The notes below the pieces were generated by a model, which did no database searches, was not told the origin of the DNA, and saw nothing but the letters and a program-made list of their open reading frames with translations. Below are positions 48,926-64,000 of a DNA stretch of 64,000 nt, in pieces (within the stretch, counting starts at the first letter, position 1; each line of letters opens with the position of its first letter). Source of the stretch: Microbotryum violaceum (lineage: Eukaryota); contig CDLV01000006.1 in assembly GCA_001244265.2 (NCBI GenBank), positions 1,674,001 to 1,738,000 on the forward strand, given 5' to 3'. Made by a program: the position numbers and the translations under genes.

Positions 48926-51639
48926 ATGGCCACAATCAACTCGCGTCTCGAAGACTCCCAGAGCGATCCGCTAGTAATCTTTCACCTGCCCCCACCTGGC
49001 GAGACGGCGGTGCAAAAAGCGGAACGAGTATCCCAAGAAATGGAGGCGAAGCACATCTCTCAGCAGGTCAGTTTGCATCCCTCTATGGTCTTTCGCCCTT
49101 CCCCGGGTCGTTGTCCGGGGTAGGCGTGACAAGCCGCCGATGCATTGGAGTCGTGTCAAGGCGATGCGACGCTTCGCTGGACGTGGCAGCCCGGCGACCC
49201 CTAGCGCGGGCTAAGCGCCGTGACAACTCTAGGCCCTTCGCCGACTTCCAAGGTTGTTCGTTCGGATCTCAATGCAAGCATGGGCAAACTGATGCCGACT
49301 GTTCATGCATCACTCTTCGTCTACGACCCACTTGGGGGCGTCATCACCTCTTCCGCGTCGCCTTCAATGACACTCTTCCGCGGCTCACCCTTCCTCCTGC
49401 TTCGACGGCTCGGCTTCAACCACGCGGAGCACTCGGAAGATTGACCGCGCACTCGAAGCCGAAGCGAAGGAGCGACGGAGGAGGGCGGGCAACGTCAAGC
49501 AACTCGACGTACTACTTCTTGGGCCAACCGAAGCGTGAGTCCATCTTCCTGCTGGATGGCTTTCCCACGACGACCAAGCATTGGCGCTATCCTGCGATGC
49601 GCTCTGACGTGGGAATTTCGATGCGCAAGGGCCTCGCCCGTTGCGAATTGGGTACGGAGAGGAGGTAGGGGCCATCGCATCGCCGTCATCAACACGGTGT
49701 ATTCCAAGCCAATCTCCGGCCCATCCATACCTCTGTTCCGATGTGAAACACCCCATGACTTGGAAGATCGGCTGAACTCACACTTTGATCAGTTTGTTTC
49801 CGCTGTTCTCCGGCCGGTCCACGTTGTCCCATCCCCTCTAGTGGCAAGAGTACATTCCTCCGACAGTGAGTTCGGGGCACGTGCATGTCATCGCCAACGG
49901 ACAACGCCGAATGTTCCGCTACGGAACCTGACACACTTCGGATCCCGCTCGTCCGTGCGCACTCCGCAGGCTCCGCCTACAGTACGACGTCAAAGGTGAG
50001 CTTGAACCAGGCCGTCTCTTGGCGGGATAGAGCATACGATTATCCTGTCGTGATCATGATCACATCCCCTTCCACTTCAAACCATAGGTCTAGACGCAGA
50101 GCGAGAGTGCCTTCGCCTCGTGATACTCTTGTCACTCGTCACATCCGTCAAGACACTGCTCGACGTTCTCGACCGTCAAGATGCCAATGATGACACCCCC
50201 TTATTCGACGCTCGCACGACACAACCGCCGTTACGCGAGCCAAAGACACCACGCGAGCTCGCAGCTCGTCGCCGTCTTCGATTAGCACCCTTTCTGGCGC
50301 TCGAACACCAGCTTCGAGAAGCGCTCGACCTCGCTAACACCGGGACAGGAGCAGAGTCGATCGCTGCGCACGCGGCTGCCCCACCCTCCGCCGAGCTCCA
50401 CAACGATTACCAGGACGAGTCTCCCGTCGATGAGGTCGCATTGAAGCTGAATATTGAGCACCGCGGAGCCCAAAACTCGCCACCCCCTTCTGACCCCATC
50501 GTCCCGCCCGGTCGACTCGCGCAGCTCGCTTCGACCGTGGGCTTCGGCACAGGCAAGGATTCGCGTCGCGCCAAGGCGCAGTCGGCGACTCAGAGTCCCA
50601 ACTGGACATCCGACGGCAAGTTCTTCGCCAACAAGGATGATCCGATACACCTTGTCGCCGCTCTTAAGAACTCGATCGTGAACCTCTGGAAAGAGGCTCA
50701 GGCAAGAGGTCTTGTCGTTGGGGTCACCACGCCCGGAGACCCCAGCGCGGCGCCTCAAACGGTCGTCGATGGGGCAATCGAGTTGAACGAATCGTCGATG
50801 TTCTTCTTAAACGAGATTGATCGCATCGCCACCCCGGAGTGGCTCCCCGGAGATCAAGACCTGCTCAATGTTCGCATTAGAACTAGGTGAGCTCTGTTGA
50901 GCTTTAAGCGCGCTGCGAAACATTGCTGTGCATTCACTGATCTCTACGATGATGTCCCATTCTACAGAGGTATCGAAACACATGACCTGCAGATATCTTC
51001 CAAGAGGGTATACCGTATCTGCGACGTCGCCGGTGCACGAGGGTCCAAGTCCGCTTGGGCCCCCTTCTTCCAAGACGCCTCAGCCATCATCTTCATCTGC
51101 GCCGTGTCCGAATACAACGTCTGCGACCCCACAGACCCGACGCGCAACCGATTACGTGACGCCCTATTGCTCTTCAAGGACATCTGCGAGAATAGACTGC
51201 TACGATCTGCCGACATTGTGAGCGTCCGTCGAACCCGAGCTCCATGGTAGGTCGTGCGCCTGACCTAGTTTTGCGACCCCACTCCGCCTATAGATTACAT
51301 TCATGAATAAAGTTGATGTGCTGAGACGCAAAGTCAAGTCGGGGCAGTACCCTATTCAGCGCTACTTTCCTCGCTACCTTGGATCCGATCGCACCTCGCG
51401 TATTCTGTCATTCTTCCAAACACTCTTTGAAGAATGTCACCGTGTGCGCCGGCGCCCTTTTTACATCTTCGCGACCCAAGCGAACGACGCTCGCTCAATT
51501 GTGACGGTCACTGCTGCCGTCAACGACAGTGAGCGCCTCCCCATTGTTCAATCACACTGTTCTTTTAGTTTACTGAACACTTCGACCCTGCGTTACAGTA
51601 TTGATTCGGTCGGAAATGACGTCCACGGGAATACTTTGA
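48926..51639 (+). CDS. Atypical heterotrimeric G-protein alpha subunit (Gpa4-like), ~8 exons
   Basis: Spliced P-loop LLLGPTEA|GKST, G2 DLLNVRIRT, G3 DVAGAR, G4 FMNKVD, G5 TQAND, C-terminus ILIRSEMTSTGIL*. Long insert in the helical domain; no Gly2. Confidence 0.85.
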
Positions 51640-51833
51640 CCTCGGTTTCAATCGAGCGGATCGCGCAAGCTTCCCCGAGCCCTCGGGCCAGGCTTATTTT
51701 ATGTGTCTACAGTCTCACGAATTTTAGATTCGATCTAGTAGTACATGGTTGTATTTAAGCCCTTGCATTCCAGTCTTCCTCTTGCATCGCAACCGCTTGG
51801 AGCTTCGTGATCACAGCGTGGCACATTGATGTT

Positions 51834-56599
<4,766 letters not shown>

Positions 56600-56934
56600 A
56601 TGTTTAGAAACCTCGGCGAGGGCTGAGCCAATCAGCGGAATCGATTATCTCTCACAAAGCAATTGTTTTAGGACTTTGAAAGAATCTTGCATCAATGGCA
56701 TGAGCTATGCGCGGCCACCCGCGTCGGCCCTTGGCGGATACACGCTCGGGGCCTCGATTCACGGTTACCCCTCTCCTGTCTCATTTGTCGAAAGCTGGAC
56801 CGCACCGCCCTATTCGAAGGCGACGCTGGACTATCTCTCCTCTCTCCCGCTCCCTCCTTCGAGCCTTTCGTATACAGTCCTCATAGTGGTCACAAGAACA
56901 AGGAACCGTGCCCACCGAACGTTTGCCACATCCA

Positions 56935-59226
56935 ATGGGACGAAGTGGCCGGGTTTTGCCGTCCTCGACCCTCTCCGCGTTGTCCGCGCTCGCTTGGGCT
57001 ACTCTCTCCCTAGCAGCGGCTACGGTCGGCCACGCACCGGCACCGGGCAGACTTCTGCGGAGAAACCCGGATGGCTTTACCCCATCAAATCAGATACCGT
57101 ATGGTGGTGAAGCGTACTATACGAACTATCGGAAGAGCCCTGCAGTCGTCTTGACCGCCGTCGCCGCCCTTCTCGCGGGTGTGTACCTTTGCTTGTTCGG
57201 CAAGCGGGGCTGGCGTTTTACGACCGGCCTCTGCACCGCTTTGATGGGCCAGCTCTTGACCTGGATCATCATCACCAATGTCGCTGCCATCGATCTCAAA
57301 GGGATCGCCATCTGGGGCTTCTCCATGATCGGCTTTGTCGTTGGATTCGCGGTTGGTGCACTCTTGTGGCGATTCGGCATCGTCGTCGCTGGTGCCGATG
57401 GGGGCCTTGCGCTCGCTCTTGGCCTCAATCTTATGGTGCCGCACGAGAGCAACTCCCCCACGTCAGTAGCATCGCCAAATTTTATCATACGGAATGATAC
57501 TGATAATTTCAGCCTCATCAATGGGCCAATTTCTTGTTTCCGAACGTAGCTGGATCTCCATCGGGGTGCTCTCCGCAGTCTTTGCGATTTTCTGTCCGCT
57601 TCTCTCGCAAACGTATGGCATGGCAAGTCCAATTCCAGGCCTCTGCCAAATTCAATCGGGCTGACCTACAATGTTCTTGGAAATCTTGTTACGTCCCCCT
57701 GACAGGAGATAGCATGCTCATTGACGGGCTCATTCGTCTTGGGCCTTGGTATCGACTTATTCGTCGAGCAAGCTTCGGGCTTCAGCTTGGGATTGGTGAG
57801 CGCCAGAGCTGGTTGGCATCGATTATCGAGCATACTGATAGCATGTTTTTTGGCCATGAGTCCTATAGAGGTACATCTTCGACCAGCGCCACCTCCCCCC
57901 CGATTTGATGTATCAACCCAGCGAGGTGACTCGAGTATTTCTGGGCGTGATGTGGGGTCTGACGTAAGTACGCTGCAGCTGAGGAAAGCAGGCCACAGCT
58001 GACTTCACCCCAATTTCCCCCATAGAGTTATCGCAACCGTCTTCCAGACTTGGAGATGGCGCCAACATCCGTTCGAAAGGACCGGCGACGCGTTCACAAA
58101 TCTTCAGGGAGAGCGCACGGAGGAAGCCGCATGTTCGCTAAACGCCCGTTCGGTCAGGAGCGAGGAACGTCTGTGCGAGTCGCGTGCCCATACGTTCTCG
58201 ATGATTACTTGCGCCGGTAAACGCACGTCCTGGGGGCCGCAAAATCGGAGTGAAACCAAAATGGATCACCTCGCAAGTCTGGGTCCGATTCACATGAGTT
58301 GCACGTCGACCTTCGAAGGTCGACCCATTCCTACACCGCCAGGGGTCGTCCACCACAATGAGCCCCCGAGCCCACCCTCGTCGATCGTATCGACCGAATT
58401 TGCGCGCGGTCTCCATTCTCGCCCTCCCACCGAATACGATCACAGTCGGCGTATTGACCCACACAATTCCGTTGTGCTTCTTCGACCGATCCCTCGCTAT
58501 GCTGAGCCAAACCCCGGCCCGACGCCCTGTTACGAGGAGACGCTGACTGACACGACCCTGCGCCCGGTCGAGCCCGTCGGGGTCCCAGGAAGGCAAACAC
58601 CATCGTTCGAGGGCGTCGGGAGCGCACCTGGCAACCCAACCCCTGTAGGTAGCAACCTCACCAAGCGTACGTCGTACCGCAAGCCCGTCCCACCTCTCGT
58701 TGATCCACAGCTCGAGAATGCTGCGTCTAACATACCAAAGGGCAGCAAGTCCCCGCCGATTGAAAACGGCGGCGATAGCAGTGCCGCTCATGAGAAATAT
58801 GCCTTCGAAATCCCAATGGCGCAAGGGTTCGCTTCCGGTCGCCGTTACCCTTTGGATGAACGAGGGGATGACGCAATACTTGATGATTCCGGCAGCGAGA
58901 CGCCGATCTTTGGCGCGAACCGCCAGATCCGAGAGGTTGGGCCTCCTACGGACACATATGCTACCGAGTCGGCCACTGGCACGCGGCGGCAAGCCGAGGC
59001 TTCAATACGTCAAGTGCGACCCGTGCTCGTCTCGCGCTTCACTTCGACGACGGATCATCTTCCTATGGCGAATGGTGTACATTCTCCTCTCGGCGAACCA
59101 GGGGTGCAATTCGCGGCCCGACCCAATCCTCGAGAAATTGTACCCTCGGTCCTGTTCTGGCCTGAATGGATGCCCGCTTCTTCCCGCGGCAAATCACCTG
59201 GCGTCAGTTCTAGCCCGAAATCTTGA
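56935..59226 (+). CDS. DUF4203 (TM7S3/TMEM198-like) multi-pass membrane protein with a Pro-rich tail
   Basis: Signal-like N-terminus, GVYLCLFGKRGWRFT, Gly-rich TM helices, LTGSFVLGLGIDLFV, then a last exon reading through ORF 58201-59226. The 3' exon structure is uncertain. Confidence 0.7.
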
Positions 59227-59480
59227 TTGGATCAGGATCCGGGCGTCCAATTTGCCTTCATCTCCTTGCACCCTCATGAACGCACCGTGACATTTCCATT
59301 TTGAACAGACCAGCTTCTTTCTGTCTCTTACTTGGGGTCCATATAATTGCCTGCACTCATGTGCAGATAGGTATATATGCATACTAGTATGCATAAATTT
59401 TCAATATTTGCATGGTTCATTATTCATTACGATGTTCACGTTGGGGCAGAGTTTGCAACGAGTATCAATAGAGGGCAAGG

Positions 59481-61003
59481 TCAAGTTTCGGGTGGTGGTG
59501 ATAATAAGCGAGCTCGAGCGATGATAGCTGCTTCATCCTCGGGGGAGAGGGACTTTGAGCCGAAGACATCGGGTGGACGTGCTGGCTCTGTCAAGGTTGA
59601 AGTGGCCGCACCAGTGGTCGTAGGTTCCATCTTGATGCCATTCGACGACGATCGCATCGCCACCCTCGTCGCCTCCATCTTGATCGGTTTCTCCTGCTCT
59701 TGCTTGACCGGTGCTTCCTTCACCTTCTCCTTGACTTTCTCGTCGCCCTTCCTTCTCACCTCCTCCTCAACCCTATGCTTCTCCGCGCCTCTCTGCACCG
59801 CATCCTTCCAAGCCTCCTTGGTTCCCTCTCCAACCTTCACCTTCAAGCACTTGACCAAATCCTTCGTCTTCTCACTCACATCCTCCAAAATCTCCTCAAA
59901 TTGTTCATCCCTCATCCCCTCCCCTAACAAAGGCCTCAACTCGCCCCATTTCAACATTCTCGATTCCTGTTCCAAGCCTTTCAAGACCATCGTCAGATCT
60001 TGGATCAAAGGACGTATAGCCTCGGTATCTTTGTAGGCTTGCGCGGTGAGACGCTCTTCGATTGAGGAACCTTCGAGAGAGGCTTCGAGCATGGAGGCGG
60101 TGGAGATCAAGGGTGTGAGGTGGGAGAGGGCCATGGATCCGGAGATGAAGAGTTGGCGAAGGAATTGGATTTGTTCGTAGGGGAGTCGGTTGGGGAGGAG
60201 GAGGGATAGGAAGGGGTGGGCGAAGGATAGTCCGAGGGAGGTGCGGAGTATGATGTGGAATTCGAGAGCCGCGGTAGCGAGAAGGAAGAGGTAACGCCAC
60301 TGAGATAATGACAAAGGCTTAAGTTAGTTGGTGCAGGCACGAACCATCATCTTGAATCGTGAGATTCACGCACATAGTTGTTGACTCGTTCACTCCTCCT
60401 GAACCAAGAGATCATGTAGATAGACCCGAGCGCAACGACATAGAACCCAACTGTGGATTGCGCTCCACGAAAAACGACCTCCCTCTGCGCCGCCGGTTTA
60501 GGTTGCCAGGCCAAAGCGTCCATACCGAACCTCTCATAGGCCCATTTCAGACTCCCTTCATTCTCCAATACTAAAGCGGCTTGCTTGAGCGCGATGAAGA
60601 GGGGTTCGCCTTGTTTGCCTACTTTGTCGGGGTGTAATGATCGAGCGAGTCTGCGGAAATGTGATTTGACGAACGATGAGCCGCCGACTTCGACTTGTTC
60701 CCTTGTTAGACCGAGGAGGGTGTAGAAATTCTGGGAGAATAGGGTGCCTTGTTCGATGTAGACCGAAGAAAGAGTGTAACCCAGATAGGCCAGGATGAGC
60801 CCGATGCGAGCAAAGCGATGGTGGCGTTGGGCGCGTGAGTTTTGATGCGCGATTTGATCGGCGGACGCGTTGGGGGGAAGTCGCGGTTGAATTTGGGGCA
60901 AGAGGGTGTAGAAGCCTTTGAGGACGAATGAGGTCAAGAGTTGGGGCAAGACGGCCCAGAGGACGATCGAGCTCAAGTGGTGCGAAATGCCGCCGATTGC
61001 CAT
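59481..61003 (-). CDS. Membrane-associated DnaJ-domain protein
   Basis: Two N-terminal TM segments, J-domain (NFYTLLG...FRRLARSLHPDK...AYERFG), further TMs. One coding intron at ~60303-60372. Confidence 0.85.
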
Positions 61004-61038
61004 CGTTCCGTCTCGGCTCCTCGCCTCGCACAAAATGT

Positions 61039-62356
61039 CTGTCCGTGGGGGCGCAGCCAGGGGGAGAAGAAGTGGGGGTGGGTCAGCATCGTGTGATCGA
61101 AAATTCGAACGGCGAGCAAATTTTATAATAGTCGGATCAGATGTGTCTCAAGCGATCAAACACGCGCTTCATCCCCTCCAAGTCAAAAGAGCCCTTCGGT
61201 CACACGCCCCAAGTCTCGAGCCGACCGACCACTTCTCACTGTCCCGCCGCTGTCGCCGCTTCGATCCTAACCCAATCGCGCTCGATTGTAATGACATCCC
61301 CGCATCAACCTCGCTGCCACGCAGCAAGTACAACGACCCACTCAACACGTCTTCACTCCGTTCCCAAACATGATAGCACCATGTCCTCCCAATCGCACTG
61401 CCTTGGACTCGCCCAAGGCCAAACTGTACGCCAGGACCCCCTAAACAGAAACCGACTTTGGCCTCCCAAGTCGCCCCGCCTGTTATTAGGTCCGCGCCAG
61501 AGTAGATGATGTCCCCTCGAGAAGAGAGCACTAAGATCCAAAGCAAAAACCTCGAATCTCGATGCTCCGCTTTCCTTTCTGGTTGTCTTCCACCTTCTAC
61601 GGTCGAGTCTTTTTTTTTTGGTGAAAAGCCGAGAAAGTTTGGGTAATGACCGAGGGATGTGGGGGATGTCGATCTCCGCCTTTGACTCGGGATCTTTGGG
61701 GAAGCAGGGTTGTGTACTGGACACGGTCCCCGAAGAAGAAGAACCAAGCCCTTTTGGTTATAGAAGATCGACGTCCAGTCGTCCCTCTTGACTTTCTTGG
61801 CACGCGGCATTCCTGATCAACGTCACGTGAGAGAGCGGAGGAACAGAACGCGGTCGCGCCAAGTCGACGGTTCACGTTTCCATACTATTTCCCACGTGAC
61901 GACGAAGCACCGGTGCCGAGAAGAAGTGGGAGGAAAGGAAGATGGATGTACCGAGTGTTTTGAAGCGGAGAAAAGGTCACCCGTAGTGGAAGTTTCGGGT
62001 CTGCACCCGAGGGCACAAACGGTGACGACGAGGGACCGTTTCTCTACCACCCTCGTGGCGCCCTGATGCAGGCCCAAGCATGTGCAAGAAGACAAGGTGG
62101 GGACCACATTCGTGTAGAGCGGGGTCCCAACGCATCGAGCAGATTGAAGGTCGAACAGGGCGCCATTACAACCGAGTTGGACGCGATCGAACCGCGAGAG
62201 AGAACGGACACCAGAGACGAGATGAAACAGAGAGACGGGAAAGCCACGAGACAAGGAGCGCGTGGAACGAAGGACTCGTGGGTATGACGAGTTGTGGGAC
62301 CCTTTTACTTTTGCAATAGATCATTTCCGGGGTAGAGGGAGGGAGGAAAGACTTAC
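61039..62356 (-). other. Predicted 1318-nt 5'-UTR intron of the J-protein gene containing an extended foldback; candidate structured ncRNA
   Basis: Minus strand: GTAAGT donor at 62356, GCTGAC branch site at ~61085, pyrimidine tract, CAG at 61039, about 35 nt before the ATG. Many collinear nested inverted repeats inside. Confidence 0.55.
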
Positions 62357-62501
62357 CGGTTAGGGACGAATCCGGATGACGTGGTCGTGAACGGCGAGGA
62401 AAACGGTGGAGGACAAGCGACGGACTCGACTTGCGCGCGGATGGCTTCTTTGCCCTCATCCCCAACCTCACTCGTCCTCTGGCGTCGCCATCTTTGAAAC
62501 G

Positions 62502-63738
62502 ATGGGCCCTCCCGACAAGCTCAGCACGGACGTTAGCGAGGCTACACCCGCCACAACTCAGTCCGCAAATGCCTCGGCGCCGATCCCAGCGCGCGATCCC
62601 AACGATCCCATGACGTGGGCCGAACGAGGCCTCTTCCCCATCGGCGCAGCTCCGCCCCTCAACCCAGAGTCTGACGCACTCATACCACGTGTAGAAACGA
62701 CGAGGGAGTCCGTAGATGAACGATGTTGGATAAGGACCAAGCAGACCAATGCCAGGAGGTGGGTTTCTCGTCGCTGTCCTCCCCGACGACAACGAGAAGA
62801 GAGCTGAGCTGAGCTGACACAAAAAGTTGTACTATTCGGCAGAGCACTGGGGAGAGAACCCAGAGTGACCATGTATTGCTACCTCAATTTCAAGAAGCAA
62901 ATTGTCGATCTCATACCCGTGCCAGGTCAACGCGGTAAGCAATAATTTTTCCCTTCATCTCCGTGCTCCGATCGTCATCGAGTTTTATCAGAACTGACCG
63001 GGTCACATTTCCCTGGTATGTGCGCACGCACCTCATCAAACGATTTGAACATACGCAGGCGCATACATGGCCAGGGACGCGCCCGTGAGCAAAAACTCGG
63101 GCCCCACTCACTACGTCCCGACCGGTCCACCGACGACCTTGGCTCCTCCACCTACGGTCCCTTTTTACCATTGGCCAAGGATGGAAGATCGCTATATCTA
63201 CATTGCTCGTGGTCGTACCTATGTTAATCGCCACCTCCAAGAATCTGGTGGACCCGCCGAGTCACGCATCTCGATCGAGGATCTGGCCGAGCGTTGCGAA
63301 CAGGGGCAAATGGCGCGAGCGGCCGAGCGCAAGCAAAGGGCCGTCCAACGCGCATTGGGGATGGTGGACCCTATCGAATTTGACGAGTATGAGAAGCTCA
63401 TCTCGTTGAGTGACGCGTGGTCACATTCTTTGCAGAGATTACACCTCCATGTGCATCGCATCTATTCGCCTGGGTGGAGGAATCTGGCGAGGTTGCCGGA
63501 GGTGTGGACGGATGGGACGGCGAGCAAGATGTTGGAGAGGTGTACGGAGACGCTGAGTGATGGGAGTGCGTTCAAACTTGTGGGGAGGATGTACGAGTCG
63601 ACGATAAGGGTTTTGGGTGAGCTGGAGGAGAGGAGGAGGAAGGGTGGGTCCGATCCAGGTGCGGGTATCGGAGGTGGATCGGGTGGGATCGTACCCCCTC
63701 CACTACCTCCCTCTATTGGTGGTCCTCCGCCCATGTGA
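62502..63738 (+). CDS. Hypothetical protein, 4 exons
   Basis: Exons join in frame through GT-AG introns: MGPPDK...NARR|ALGREPRVTMYC...QR|ELTGSHFP|GAYMARD... to TGA at 63738. Confidence 0.65.
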
Positions 63739-64000
63739 GGATATTTTATGCGCTTTTCCCGACGTTTGCATGTTGTTGTAATAAGTTGCCTTTGATCCTT
63801 TAACGCTTTAGGTTGAGCACCTAGCTTGACGCGGAACTGTGAACCTCGGACCAGAAAATCAGAAATTGCGGTTGGAAATCCTTTCAAACTTTTGGGCCCA
63901 AAAAAAGCTACAGAATTGAGTGTCGTCTTGACTGCCCAACAAATGTTGTGGCGATCGTCACCCACCCCGACCGGACGTTCGACCTGGCATGGCTTATATT

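Noticed and set aside
62296-62315. Short similarity (CTTTTACTTT) to 18S rRNA, suggesting an antisense guide; also TGTCTCAA near 61144
   Set aside because: Only 8-10 nt of low-complexity match recalled from memory; not significant without the species' rRNA sequence.
62350-62360. ACTTACC resembling the U1 snRNA 5' end
   Set aside because: It is the reverse complement of the GGTAAGT splice donor. No U1 stem-loops or Sm site were recognised downstream.

Overview
Gene-dense, intron-rich, GC-rich eukaryotic DNA. Gene content and splice signals (GTRAGT/GTCAGT donors, CTGAC/CTAAC branch sites, introns mostly 50-100 nt) indicate a basidiomycete fungus, probably a Pucciniomycotina yeast or anther-smut relative (inference). 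About 20 spliced protein genes were reconstructed by hand: an ArAE/FUSC-like transporter, a DUF6534-like membrane protein, a 2OG-Fe(II) oxygenase, an Rkm5-like methyltransferase, an FHA protein, an aldo-keto reductase, Dre2, a very large Rim15/Cek1 kinase, SmG, Ura4, an HDDC2-like nucleotidase, a Bud4/anillin-like protein, Tys1, Acr3, an atypical G-alpha, a DUF4203 protein, a membrane J-protein and three hypotheticals. There is one young, full-length Ty1/copia element (51834-56599, TSD ATGTT) with LTRs of unequal length and a single in-frame stop. The most unusual signal is a predicted ~1.3-kb 5'-UTR intron (61039-62356, minus strand) that folds back on itself over ~1.1 kb, a candidate intron-hosted long structured RNA. 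Also noted: at least five predicted GC-AG introns and 10-bp-period tandem arrays in three divergent promoters. All exon boundaries and base pairings were read by eye; no database searches or folding programs were run.
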